A stretch of 64,000 bases of DNA, from NCBI GenBank assembly GCA_951406725.2, contig OX597819.1, positions 55,924,001 to 55,988,000 on the forward strand, given 5' to 3'. The stretch is from Octopus vulgaris (taxonomy: Eukaryota). Positions 43,170-56,910 of this stretch are shown here, piece after piece (position 1 is the stretch's first letter; each line of letters begins with the position of its first letter). The notes under the pieces were generated by a model, which did not search any database, was not told the origin of the DNA, and saw only the letters and a list, made by a program, of their open reading frames with translations. The translations under genes were made by a program, and so were the position numbers.

Positions 43170-44350
43170 TACAAAGTACCCGAATTATCTTAGGAGTTTG
43201 GGTCAACGAAAGAAAATGTAACAAACTATTTAGAGTGTTACCTGAATTAACATACATCCTTAACTAGGCGCAAACATATATCTAAATGAAAGCAAAACTT
43301 CAAAGCGAGAGTTTTAAATTGATGGTCTTGCTTTATGAAAAGGAAAGACTTGGTATTGTAACAGAAGACAAAAATTGTGCACAAACTCCCGACAGACCTA
43401 GCAGCAAAAATCACAAATTTCTATAGATATATCATTATATTGAAGAAGTAATATGGCTACATTGTCAGATCGGTAATATGGATAAAACATATTGCTTTTT
43501 TTAAAAAAAAAATATGATTAGCAATAAAACTGTTGACATCAAAAGTAAAAGAAACAACAATCCAAACACGAAGCATAAAAATCAAACTATTCTAATAAAA
43601 AGTTTAGGTCATGAAAAGATTATGTTCGCTGTTGTATTAAGTTACCTTGCAGACGGAATCAAATTAAAAGTAATGTTTATTTTTGAACAAAAACTACATC
43701 AAATATAAAGTTCCTTCCAGTTTTTTTTATTGGCGTCCATGAAAAAAACCCAAAAAAAACAACAACAAACAAAATTACATGAAAAAAGCTGGAGTGTATG
43801 TATGGATTGGAATGTGTGGGAAGGCGCCTGCGTTAAGAAATGAAAACAAACAAACACACAAACAAACAAACAAAAGAAAAAACAGCTTGTTGGCATGGGA
43901 TATGTTAAAATCATCCATGTAAGAAACAATGTAAGGAAGCATCTAGAAAGAAATAATAACTGCTGTTATTCCATTGAGAACAACATATACACTTTGGCTT
44001 TTCGATGTAAACCGAGATTAATCTTTTAAAGAGAATAAGAATTTCTTTTTGTTTTGGAATGGAACAAATGGATGGTTGATGGAGAAAAATAATTCACAAA
44101 GGGTGGTCATGTGAATGTTCCACGACTTGACGTATCGTGTAACTTTGTAATAAAATACTGCGACCGTCTTTAATGTCAAAAGTGTTGTAAAATCATTAAA
44201 ATAGATGAGGATTTTCAAATGTAAGGAAATAAGGAAGGAGACATTTTGTTGTTGTAAGGAAGTGACTTGGTGAAAGGATGTGAAAATTGCCAGAAAGTAG
44301 GAACTTTCCATTGATTCAGATTTGTTTGCAGGTTCCTTTACTCCAAATGA
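43170..44350 (+). mobile_element. Decayed pogo/Tigger-family (DDE_1) transposase
   Basis: FMKRKDL..KTKIVHKLP (CENP-B-type HTH end), IGNMDKT, TVDIK..ILIKSLGHEK..VVLSYLADGIKL..FIF, LLAWDM, AVIP, WMVDGEK.FTKGG, with many stops and indels. Confidence 0.82.
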
Positions 44351-46440
44351 TGAACAGTATTATAGGCGCAGGAGTGGCTGTATGGTAAGTAGCTTGCTTA
44401 CCAACCACATGGTTCCGGGTTCAGTCCCACTGCGTGGAACCTTGGGCAAGTGTCTTCAACTATAGCCTCGGGCCAAGCACAGCCTTGTGAGTGAATTTGG
44501 TAGACGGAAACTGAAAGAAGCCTGTCGTATATATGTGTGTAGTGTATGTGCGTCTGTATTTCTCCCCCCACCATCGCTTGACAACCGATGCTGGTGTGTT
44601 CATGTCCACGTAACTTAGCGGTTCGGCTTAAGAGACCGATAGACTAAGTACTAGGTTTACAAAGAATAAGTCCTGGGGTCGATTTGTTCGACTAAAGGTA
44701 GTGCTCTTGCCTGGCCGCAGTCAAATGACTGAAACAAATAAAAGAATAAAAGAATAAAGTATTTACAAGATTTTGAAGGATTTAAAAGTTTAATCATACG
44801 TGTTTCTATTATCTAGGAAATAAAGGTTGATGAGCTGGCAGAACCGTTAACAGGTCAGACAATAAGCTTAGAGGATATACGTCCGTCTTTACGTTCCGAG
44901 TTCAAATTCTTTCGACATTCTTCCTTTTGGGGTTAATAAAGCAAGTACCAGTCAAGTACTGGAGTCGATTTAATCGACTTCTCCCTCAAAAGCTACTACC
45001 CCTAGGAAATATAAACCGGTGAGCTAGCAGAACCCTTAGCGCGCCGGAAAAAATGCTCAGCGGCATTTCGTCCATTTTGTGCTCAAAGTCCACCGAGGTC
45101 GGCTTTGCCGTTCGTTCTTTCGGGGCCGATAAAATAAGTAGCAGTCAAGTACTGGGGTTGATGTAATCTACTTCTTCCTCCCTTGAAAAACTGTTGGTCC
45201 GGTACAAAAATATGAAACCATTATCTCACAAATATACTTGGCGAGCTGGTTGAATCATTAGTATATCAGATAATACAAAGCCTCATTTCTTCCTCTTTAC
45301 CATTACGTTCTAATTCCACTGAAGTTGACTTTGCTCTTCATTCTTACAGGATCGACAAAATAAAGTACCAGTCAAGTAGTGGAGTCGATGGTACCGGTTA
45401 ATCCCTCCTCTCAGAATCGTTGGCTTTGTATCAAAATTTGAAACTATTATCTAGAAAATATGAATCTTTGGTATCATTAACTTTGGAGTTTAGATTTATG
45501 ATATAGGAGTTAAGGTTTTCGAAATTGCCGTATCTTATCTAAACTTTTAATTGTCAGTAACAGCTTCCAAGCCACATTTATTTGAGGAGCTGTACAAGAA
45601 TGTGCAATAACAATGTCAGAATGTCTGGATATTCAATAGAATACTGTTATTTATCATTTAACTGCCATTTTGCCCATAGTGTAAAGTGTAGGTCATGATT
45701 ATCTGCAGGTCAGAATTACGGTACACTAGCCACAAACGAAACATGCAAATCTTGCACATTAACTAAATTTTATGGTAAATATTATTTTCCGTGACAGCCA
45801 TTCATCATAAATACTTGTATTCCTGTGAATTCATTACTATCCTATCACGAAATTCCTCAGACAACACGCATATTGCAATTGTCTAACGGTTCGCACGTGG
45901 TGTTGTGGTCAGCGTTTACTACTGGTGTATCAGTTGTTGGAAACAGTGTGAGCTATCATGTTAGCAGTACACCCGCCCTGTATGTATGTATGTATGTATG
46001 TATGTATGTATGTATGTATGTATGTATGTATGTATGTATGTATGTATGTATGTGTGTATGTATCTATGTATGTATGTATGCATTATTGAAACTGAAACAG
46101 CTTTCAGTCCACTGCGATCACACTGGAGATCGCAGTAGCATGAAACTTGAGCTGCGAGCGAGACAAACACTTCGCTTCTGTTTCAATAAAGATAACATAT
46201 CAGTCAAGTACTGGGGTTGATGTAATCTACTTCCTCCTCCCCTGAAAAACTCTTGGTCCGGTACCAAAATATGAAACCATTATCTTGCAAATATGAGGTG
46301 GTGAGCTGGCAGAATCAGTGTATCAGAAGAAATGCAAAGCGGCATTTCTTCCTCTTTACCATTAGGTTCTGAGCTCAAATTCCACTGAAGTTGACTTTGC
46401 TTTTAATGTATTGAGTACTCTTTCGACATTAAGCAACGTA

Positions 46441-46474
<34 letters not shown>

Positions 46475-46574
46475 AGCTTAGCAATGGTCTATCCAAAGCA
46501 CTTACACAGCATTACTTGACACCTTTAGGTCTTACTGACACCATTACCTCTCATAAGCTGTATATATATATATA

Positions 46575-46878
46575 TATATATTAGAAGAAATGAGGTAATC
46601 AGAAGATCGGATGGTTTATATTTACAGATATTTATTTATATATTACATTTTTTACATATATATCATATCACTTAGATCATTAGCGCTTTCTTCCATTCTA
46701 GTGGGGTTCTCAAATCAAAATAATGGTCGTTATTTTGATTTGAAAACCCCACTAGAATGGGAGAAAGCGCTAATGATCTAAGTGATATGATATATATGTA
46801 AAAAATGTAATATATAAGTAAATATCTGTAAATATAAACCATCCGATCTTCTGATTACCTCATTTCTTCTAATATATA
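46575..46878. repeat. Near-perfect palindrome (about 150-bp arms) set in (TA)n
   Basis: TTAGAAGAAATGAGGTAATCAG..CAAAATAA tggtcg TTATTTTG..CTGATTACCTCATTTCTTCTAA. Confidence 0.93.
46737..46775 (+). ncRNA. Minimal hammerhead-like motif, U3-A8 variant (inverted copy at 46678-46716)
   Basis: GAT TTGAAAA C CCCA CTAGAA TGGG A GAA AGCGCT A AT; stem I is only about 2 bp. Confidence 0.5.
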
Positions 46879-46903
46879 ATACCTGTACATCATCTCCAAA
46901 CCT

Positions 46904-46940
<37 letters not shown>

Positions 46941-47166
46941 GGTAACGTTTTTTACCACTATAAAATAGCTGTTCTATAAAGAACTATGTTACTACATTTT
47001 AACCCTAGTAAAACGACCTCTAGAGGGGAGTGATTTGCTCTCTTACTCACAATATATTGGATACAAATCGTGTGTCGTTAACCAGCCGGAAAAGACGATT
47101 TGCTGAGGTTAAAATGTTGTAACAGTTTTTTTTATAGTTATGTCATAGCGGCAAAAAAACGTTACT
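46941..47166. mobile_element. MITE-like element with long degenerate inverted arms
   Basis: GGTAACGTTTTTT..GTTACTACATTTTAACC versus GGTTAAAATGTTGTAAC..AAAAAAACGTTAC; no clear TSD. Confidence 0.55.
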
Positions 47167-47518
47167 ATCTAATAACTACTTATATCTTGCTTAGAGATTT
47201 TAGAACTAGCTATTTTGGTCCTTATATATATATATCATTATGGTTTCGACACCTGGGCAGTAACATTCAATCCGGGCAGTCTCGACAGCACTAAAGTAAG
47301 TGTTGTTCGGGAACATATATATATGTATTATTTGAACGGTAGCAGGCGTGGGTGTGTGGTAGGAAGTTTGCTTTCCAACCACACGGTTCAATTCCATTGC
47401 GTGGCACCTTGAGCAAGTGTCTTCTACTAAAGCCTCGGGCCGACCAAAGCTTTGTGACTGGGTTTGGTAGATGGAAACTGAAAGAAACTCGTCATATATA
47501 TATATGTGTGTGTGTGTA

Positions 47519-47550
<32 letters not shown>

Positions 47551-48490
47551 TGTGTGTGTTTATCCCTCCACCATCACTTGACAACCGATGCTGGTGTGTT
47601 TATGTCCCCGTAACTTAGCGGTTCGGTAAAAGAAACCGATAGGATAAATAGTAGGATTACAAAGAATAAGTCCTGGGGTCGATTTCTACGACTAAAACCC
47701 TTTAAGGCGGCGCTCCAGCACAGCCTCAGTCAAATGATTGAAACAAGTAAAAGAGTAAAAAAGAAGGTAGTCTATATATTAATTAAGGTTCACCGATGTT
47801 CTTCTTTACTTTTAGATACTTGTTGAAATTTTGTATGACTCCGGTACGCGGTGCACAGTTATTGTTAAAAACTCTGTTGCACATGATTACCCCAAGCCTT
47901 GCCCATAAGTCTATCCTCTTTCTTTTTATAACTTTAAAACAATGTCTGTAAACCGGATTTTGTGGTATACATGCATAAATGTATGTGTGTGTGTGTGTGT
48001 GTGAGAGTATTAGGTGCGCTTGTGCGCGTGTGTATCCATGTGCGCGCAAGCATGTAAAGAATTAGAGTTCTCAATACTTGAAATATAATTATATATCTGT
48101 TGCATTTGAAACTTCCTTCCTTTCTGTATTCTTGCTCTGTTATCTTCTTTTCTTCCACTTTCTTACCTTCCTTATTTACTGTCTATTGTCATCCCCCCCC
48201 ACTCTTTTTGTTCTTTTTCTCTTCTCGATAATATTTCCCTCTTTTTCGTTCTCTTTTTTTTTTATGCCTTTGCGCTTTCTTACGATGCGTGATGGATGGT
48301 GAAATCTCCATGAATTTTTATGAATGAATTGCTGTAGCATTTTAAAGAAGATAAAATTCACAAATATTTTTGCTCGGCTTTTTTGTTATTCCTAGCACCC
48401 TTACTTTCTCCTATTCTTTCTTTCTTTCTTTCTTTCATTCTTTCTTTCATTCTTTCTTTCTTTCTTTCTTTCTTTCATTCTTTCTTTCAT

Positions 48491-48534
<44 letters not shown>

Positions 48535-49239
48535 TATTTCTTTCGTTATGGAAGCACGTGGGCTTAGTGGTTAAAGTGTTAGACACAAGATCCTAAGATT
48601 GTAGTTTCGAATCCCGGATGGATTTCGACCCTTACTTTTGCGTATCTTTTCGCCTATAGCCAATCAAAAGCTTTCTCGCTGTCTTTCCTTATGTCGTACG
48701 TCTATAGTAAAGGTTTTCCGGTTGCATTCTTCAAAACTTGTTCGATGTTTAGAAAACTAGAACTTTCAGCTACGAAGTTTTGAAGTTTCTGTTACATCGA
48801 CCCCAGTGTTTCACTAGTACATAATTTATCGACCCCGAAAGGATGAAAGGCAAAGTCGACCTCGGCGGAATTTGAACTCAGGAATGTATAGACGGGCGAA
48901 ATGCCGCTAAGTTATTTTGTCTGGCGTGCTAACGATTCTGCCAGCTCAACTCCCTAAGACTAATATAAATAGCGCGAGAAGAAAAAAAAACTTTTCAAAA
49001 TGTTATACAGAATACTACGCTTTCACTATTCTTTATAGAGATATTGGTTTTCAAAGCCAGCAATTTTTTTTGGTGGGTGGGGGTAAAGTCGATTGCATTG
49101 ACCCTAGTGTTCAACTGGTGCTTATTTTATCAATCCCTAAAGGATGAATAACAAAGTTGGTCCCGGCAGAATTTGAACTCAGGACGCACAGTCGGAAAAA
49201 ATGTATCTAAGCAATTTTTCCGGTGCAGTAACGATTCTT

Positions 49240-49980
49240 TTCTTTTTTACTCTAGGCACAAGGCCCAAAATGTTGGGGGAGGGGGCCAGTCTATTAGGTC
49301 GATCCTGTACTCAACTGGTAACTAATTTATCGACCCCGAAAGGATGAAAGGCAAAGTCGACCTCGGCGGAATTTGAACTCAGAACGTAACGGCAGACGAA
49401 ATGCCTATTTCTTTAGTACACACAAGGGGCTAAACACAGAGAGGATGAACAAGGACAGGAAAACGGATTAAGTCGATTATATCGACCCCAGTGCGTAACT
49501 GGTACTTATTTAATCGACCCCGAAAGGATGAAAAGCAAAGTCGACCTCGGCGGAATTTGAACGCAGAGCGGAAAAAACAGACGAAATACCTATTTCTTTA
49601 CTACCCACAAGGGGCTAAACACTGACGGGACAAACAAGGACAGACAAACGGATTAAGTCGATTATATCGACCCCAGTGCGTAACTGGTACTTATTTAATC
49701 GACCCCGAAAGGATGAAAAGCAAAGTCGACCTCGGCGGAATTTGAACGCAGAGCGGAAAAAACAGACGAAATACCTATTTCTTTACTACCCACAAGGGGC
49801 TAAACACTGACGGGACAAACAAGGACAGACAAACGAATTAAGTCGATTATATCGACCCCAGTGCGTAACTGGTACTTATTTAATCGACCCCGAAAAGATG
49901 AAAGGCAATGTCGACCTCGGCAGACGAAATACTGCTAAGCATTTCGCCCGGCGTGCTAACGATTCAGCCAGCTCGCCGCC
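49240..49980 (-). repeat. SINE B concatemer, 185-bp period (one head + 3 B1 bodies + B2 body). Similar arrays at 7370-7775, 8580-8968, 22085-22533, 40200-40612, 51408-51972, 52517-52888
   Basis: CCTATTTC junctions begin at 49404, 49589 and 49774 (spacing 185). Confidence 0.9.
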
Positions 49981-50130
49981 TCATTCTTTATGCGAATGTT
50001 AAATTTTGATTTGAATAGAAGGAAAAAAACATTATTCGAAGCAGAATAATATTTTATCGACAGAAAAATATTAGATTTCATTCAAATGTAGGAACTCAAA
50101 ATACGGAGATGTTTGGTCATGTCCCTGACC

Positions 50131-50785
50131 ATGTATGTATGTATGTATGTATGTATGTATGTATGTATGTATGTATGTATGTATGTATGTATGTATGTAT
50201 GTATGTATGTATGTATGTATGTATGTATGTATGTATGTATGTATGTATGTATGTATGTATGTATGTATGTATGTATGTATGTCTGTATGTATGTATGTAT
50301 GTATGTATGTATGTATGTATGTATGTATGCATGTATGTATGTATGTATGTATGTATGTATCTATGTATGTATGTATGTATGTATGTATGTATGTATGTAT
50401 GTATGTATGTATGTATGTATGTATGTATGTATGTATGTATGTATGTATGTATGTATGTATGTATGTATGTATGTATGTATGTATGTATGTATGTTTGTAT
50501 GTATGTATGTATGTATCTATGTATGTATGTATGTATGTATGTATGTATGTATTATGTTTGTATGTATGTTTGTATGTATGTATGTATGTATGTATGTGTA
50601 TGTATGTATGTATGTATGTATGTATGTATGTATGTATGTATGTTTGTATGTATGTATGTATTTATGTATGTATGTATGTTTGTATGTATGTATGTATGTA
50701 TGTATGTATGTATGTATGTATGTATGTATGTATGTATGTATGTATGTATGTATGTATGTATGTATGTATCTATGTATGTATGTAT
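50131..50785. repeat. (ATGT)n microsatellite, about 650 bp
   Basis: Direct reading. Confidence 0.97.
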
Positions 50786-51140
50786 GCTTGTGTGTGTATA
50801 TATGCATGTATTATATGTGTTTGTGCATGTACGTATCACATATATGACGTATTATATATATACACACATACACGCACATACATATATTTACTCATTTATA
50901 TATCTTCAATTATGTGTGTATGTATATATATACATATATATTTCAATATATCAATATATCGATATATATTTTTAAATATTTATCATAATTATCTATCTAT
51001 CTCTCTCTCCCCGCCTCTCTCTCTGTGTATAACTTTGCATAATATTATTATAACATCAATATAAATATGTATAAATCTTTATATTTATCTCTTTCTCCAA
51101 CCAGCCACCCATATATGTGTATATATGTATATATATATAT

Positions 51141-51203
<63 letters not shown>

Positions 51204-54079
51204 CAATATATGTATCTTAATTGATATATTTACATTTACATATTCATGTATATATTCATTTATCCATATACATTGATATAAATTTTCATCTCCAAATACA
51301 TTTGTACACATACATACACACACACACACAATAAAAAATAGACGAATGAGTTATCTGGCATTGCTACAGTTGTTTCACTAGAAGTCTATTGTACTAAAAG
51401 CATAGTCTTTTCTACTCTAGGCACGAGGCCCGAAAGTTTTGGGGGAGGGGGCCATTCGATTAGATCGATTCCAGTACGCAAATGGTACTTAATTTATCGA
51501 CCCCAAAAGATTGAAATGCAAAGTCGACCTCGGCGGAATTTGAACTCTCAACGTAAAGACAGACGAAATACCTGTTTCTTTACTGCCCAAAAGTGGCAAC
51601 ACACAAAGGGGACAAACAAAGATAGACAAACGGATTATCGACCCCAGTGCGTAACTGGTACTTATTTAATCGACCCCGAAAGGATGAAAGGCAAAGTTGA
51701 CCTAGGCGGAATTTGAACTCAGAACCTAGCGGCAGACGAAATACCTATTTCTTTACTACCCACAAGGAGCCAAACACTGACAGGCAAACAAGGACAGACA
51801 AACGGATTAAGTCGATTATATCGTTCCCACTGCATAACTGGTAATTATTTGATCGACCCCGAAAGGATGAAAGGCAAAGTCGACCTCGGCGGAATCTGAA
51901 CTCAGAACGTAACGGCAGATGATATACTGCTAAGCATTTCGCCCGGCGTGCTAACGTTTTTGCCAGCTGGCTGCCCTGTTGATAGAAGCATAATACAATT
52001 GGTTAGATTGCGTAATATGTCGCGTAACTCCCAACGCATCATGCTACCAAATAAAACCAAAAAATATTGTCTTGGTTACTGAACAGATCAACAAGTGAAA
52101 TTTTAAATTAGAATTACCAATAGCTGATAAATATAACTTGGACTTGTCTCGAGGGGTGGATAGCTGAATATGGTTGTAAATATAAGGAATAAATATAAGG
52201 AGTTAAAGGTGTTAATAACCTAAAGGTGTTAATAAGCCTAGTGACCTCGTCTCCAAAGGGCAATAGTGGCAGAACATTCTTGAATACAGCAGATATTAGA
52301 TGCCAAGTAAAACATTTGACCGTATCAAATGCAGTTGCCGACGTTGCTCTAAAAACCTTTTATTGTACTATATTACAGTCAGCCTTCATTTTTCATTCAC
52401 TCGACTAAACTTGATAAAAGTCTTCCGAATTAATAGAACATTAGCATAATCTAATGGAGATTCAGCCAACCATAAATCCGAGAGAATCTAACCAATTCTG
52501 TTATGTTTATGTCACAAGGCGGCGAGCTGGCAGAAACGTTAGCACGCCAGGCGAAATGCGTAGCCGTATTTCGGCTGCCGCTACGTTTTGAGTTCAAATT
52601 CCGTCGAGGTCGACTTTGCATTTCATCATTTCGGGGTCGATAAATTAAGTACCAGTTACGCACTGGGTCGATGTAATCGACTTAATCCGTTTGTCTGTCT
52701 TTGTTTGTCCCCTCTGTGTTTAGCCCCTTGTGGGTAGTAAAGAAATAGGTATTTCGTCTGCCGCTCCGTTCTGAGTTCAAATTCCGCCGAGGTTGACTTT
52801 GCCATTCATCCTTTCGAGGTCGTTAGGGATCGAAATAATCGACTGGCTCCCCACTCAAAATTTCCGGCCTTTTGCCTATAGTAGAAAGGATCGTGCTTAT
52901 TACACAGTAAATACACCGAATGAAATAATTGTAGCAATACTAACTAATCCATTCGTCTGTTTTATTGTTTTTACGCTACGCTCAAGTTTCCATTCATGGT
53001 TGGATAATTCTGGATACTTTTGGGTACGACTGTATTTGTGGATTGTGGAACAATAGTGAACTTCCCTCTTCGATGTACGTTGTGCTAAGATAATGGATTA
53101 GTTAAGTCTTATTTGCTTTATTCTGTCGAGCCGATTTGAGGCGTGCTTCACTTTGATATGCCTTAATCTTTTATGGATATCCTTTAATCTAGACTATGTG
53201 TGTGCGTGTGTGTATATATTTATGAGCACACACATTTGTCGCGAGAAATAACGGTAAACATTTGATGTAGTACCGATCATATTTTCTTTTAGGTGATTCA
53301 TCGAAATACTTATCTATTTAATTTCTCACAAGAGATCAGTGTCATAAACCCCAGTTTATGTATAATATTCCATAATTAGGTATTGAAGTCTTATGTGAGT
53401 TCTACTTCGATGAAAATGAATTAAGATATCATTTGTGTCGGTCATGTTAATCTCTGTGTAAGAAAGTTAATGTCCTTAAGAATCTCATTAAATCTTGTTG
53501 TGATTGTCCCTAAGATTCTCGTTAAACAATTTACGAGGTATTCACGAAGTTAATTTTAACGCGGTTGATATAACACCAACCGTTTCGGTGCGTCTGACAA
53601 GTCGGTTCAGTTTGTATTTATTCCAATGTGTTGTATGCTAACAGGCCAGAGCAAAGTACATTCTTTAGACTTCTTGGTGAAGTGGAATAAAATAGATCAA
53701 ATTTTATCCCCGTGAGAGAGAACTATAAATCTTTGTCTTACTGATGTGGGTAATTTAATAAAGATATTTCTTTTCCATTATTTTTTTCGGGACAAGAGAC
53801 TAATGCTACAACCCCAAAGTATGTATGATTATTAATAATTATTTGTTGAGATTAGGTGTAAGTTATACTTTAAGATGACTTGGGAGGTAATTGTCGAGTT
53901 TACGCAGGTTCTATTACATCACACAAAACAAAGGCACACATACAAATGCACAAAATTTATGTATATGTATTCGTGTACATACAAATGGATCTCTCTCTCT
54001 TTCTTTTCCCTATGAACCAAAAGGGAAAAAAAACGAAGGGAAAAAGAGAGCCACTTACGTAATATGTTTTCTTTTTGCA

Positions 54080-54328
54080 TGACACTGTTGCCCAAGGTTC
54101 CCGTGGTCTTTTCCGTAGGCTTTTCTATCCACGGACAAACCTAATCGGTTTTCCCTATTTACATTGACATTTCTGTGATACACGATCCCTATTGATCGGC
54201 CCCACTTTTTTTTTTCACGATCCCTTTTGATCGGAATTCGACCTTTTTTCCCCTCTTCTTCTCCAAAAGAAAAGCTCTACCTTGTATTTTGTCCCTTCTG
54301 TGTTCAGCTCTGCGTGGCCAATAAAGAA

Positions 54329-54410
<82 letters not shown>

Positions 54411-54623
54411 ACATACATACATACATACATACATACATACATACATACATACATACATACATACATACATACATACATAAACAAATATTATGTGTTATAT
54501 ATTATGTTTTCACGATCCCTTTTGATCGGAATTCGACCTTTTTTCCCCTCTTCTTCTCCAAAAGAAAAGCTCTACCTTGTATTTTGTCCCTTCTGTGTTC
54601 AGCTCTGCGTGGCCAATAAAGAA

Positions 54624-54713
<90 letters not shown>

Positions 54714-54781
54714 ACATACATACATACATACATACATACATACATACATAAACAAATATTATGTGTTATATATTATGTTTT
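54080..54781 (+). repeat. LINE-like 3' end followed by (ATCT)n(ACAT)n, with a 295-bp tandem duplication
   Basis: CACGATCCCTTTTGATCGG starts at 54216 and 54511; each copy ends ..GTGGCCAATAAAGAAAT before the microsatellite. Confidence 0.75.
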
Positions 54782-55542
54782 ATGCATATTTACATTTGAA
54801 TGTTATATAATGTCATGCTTTTGTCGAATGAGACAAAATTAGTATGTTATTTCGGTATATCGTGTCAGTGAAATATTTTCCTTTTTTGTTTTTTTAAAGT
54901 TCTTCGGCTGATATGCCGCGACTCTTACATTACAATGCATTTCAAGAAATTATCATTTATTGGTCATACGGACTTGAATAAGCTTATAACACACTTCAAA
55001 ATATCCTTCATATTTGCATATTTCTATCATTAAAAAAGCAATCATACGCACGGAATTTAAAATTAGAAAGTGTTAATTTGAAATTTAAGGTTCACAATTT
55101 TAATCTTCATGTTGTACTCTAAAAAACATCATAAAACACATGAATAAATTTCAATATTGAATGACTTGGAAGAATATGATTGCGCAGCCATTTATGGGTT
55201 TGAATAAACAATCAGAATGCGTGTAAAACGGAAGTTAAAGATACGACTCGCAGCACTGTGTAGTCCAGGGACAGACCCAGTTTTATATTTATGAAAATAG
55301 ATTTTTTTTTATTACGGAGATGTACTTGCATAGCATGTGGCCTGACCTGAGATCGTGTGCTGGAACGAAAACAATTGCAGCGTGGAAGGTGTTTATAAGC
55401 CATTTAAGAAACACAAAATTTTCGTCGCTTTGAGACCGCGACCTGTTCACTCACAAAATTCCGCGCTGCAGCTCGTTAAATTTAAACCGAATACGTATGT
55501 ATGTATGTATGTATGTATGTATGTATGTATGTATGTCATTTT

Positions 55543-55730
55543 GGATCGTTAGCCCCTACACGCAATTTTTTTTCTCCTTGTTTCTTTTCTGTGTATCTTT
55601 CTGTCGAAGAGCGTAGGCTCGAAACGTAAAAGACTTGTTTTATTTCTATTCCTCAGCGCCATACTAATACATTGTTTGTTTGTACTCCACATGCCTTCGT
55701 CTTTTGTTTATTTTCGTAAACCTTCCCGTT
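55543..55730 (+). mobile_element. Short repeat family H1 (Penelope pLTR-like) with a minimal hammerhead, core CUGUMGAA; other copies at 5815-5960(-), 12588-12810(-), 24470-24672(+), 37516-37703(+), 59190-59347(+)
   Basis: TCTTT CTGTCGA A GAGC GTAG GCTC GAA ACGT A AAAGA at 55596-55633; shared flanks ..TCCTGAGCG..TAATACA..CACCTG.CTTCGTCTTTTG. Confidence 0.72.
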
Positions 55731-55744
55731 ATATATATGTATGT

Positions 55745-55791
<47 letters not shown>

Positions 55792-55797
55792 TGTATG

Positions 55798-55901
<104 letters not shown>

Positions 55902-56910
55902 TTTGTTCTCCATCTTCATGAGTGGATGCCGTCTCACCCTCCGTATTAAGTAAATACATCAGGGAATCGGTTTAGCAGCGGGCTACTCGATCGTCGGTAG
56001 GTAGCCCTGGATCACAAGGTTACCAGTAACAGAATTCCATTAAACTGTAATATAATTAGTCTTGACCTGACATATACCATTCTTAATAATGTAAATTGCG
56101 TAAATTATTGCATAAATTATTAGCTACGGGATCGAGTACCATAAAACAAGTGTCAAACTCGTAGTAAGACAATCTGTGAGTCGGACTTAGCTTGCATTTG
56201 GATGTAGACCATTTCTCTTATGCTGCTAACGTTTTTGAAAAAGGCATGAACGTCATCTAATCTTATTATCCTCTTTTATAAATGTGTGACTGCGTACCTA
56301 AGTAAGAAATCAATATCTAATTGGAGATCGGCCAATTTCTGATGGATTGATGTTAAAGAATTAACCCAGTTATTAAGATCTTCATGTAGTCCTACAGATT
56401 TTCAATTTAAGCAATTTATTTAAAATGAGCTGGAATTATTCCAGTTTGATACTGTTCGCTTTTTATTAGATTTGTGTCTTTTTCTTTATCAATCCTTTCA
56501 GAAACAAAGATTATGGGTTTTTGTATTTTATATTGCCTTTTCAGAAAGTTTCAACTTCCGTAATTGAAAGTTGTCTGATTTTGAATTGTTGTCTTATTTT
56601 ATTTAAATTCTATTTCATTTTGAATTCTATTTTGTTGTAGAAATGCTTTTTGTTCTAGTCCGAAATATTTTGTTCTGTCAAAAATTTTAATGTATTTTAT
56701 CAGTCTTTCTCATTGGTTGAGCTTTTATATGAATTAAATAACACAAAGACGCCATTCGTATGAAGAAACAGCAGCAGCAGCAATTACAACAAGAAAAACA
56801 ACAATAGTTAAGTTATTGTTAACTTAATGCAGGGAGCTTCAAAATACTAATCAGAAATAAATACGCAGTGGAAGAAAAACAAAATAATTAAAAAATAAAA
56901 TAAAATAAAT

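Noticed and set aside
49240-49980. Regular repeats suggestive of a CRISPR array
   Set aside because: No unique spacers and no cas genes; units are SINE bodies in eukaryotic DNA.
50109-51064. Long MYVC/YIHT ORFs, and all similar YI, HT, CV and LS ORFs
   Set aside because: Stop-free frames of di- and tetranucleotide repeats.
55920-56760. Broken minus-strand frame (..KLADLQLDIDFLLRY..)
   Set aside because: Many stops and no recognisable domain; possibly a decayed element but not supportable.
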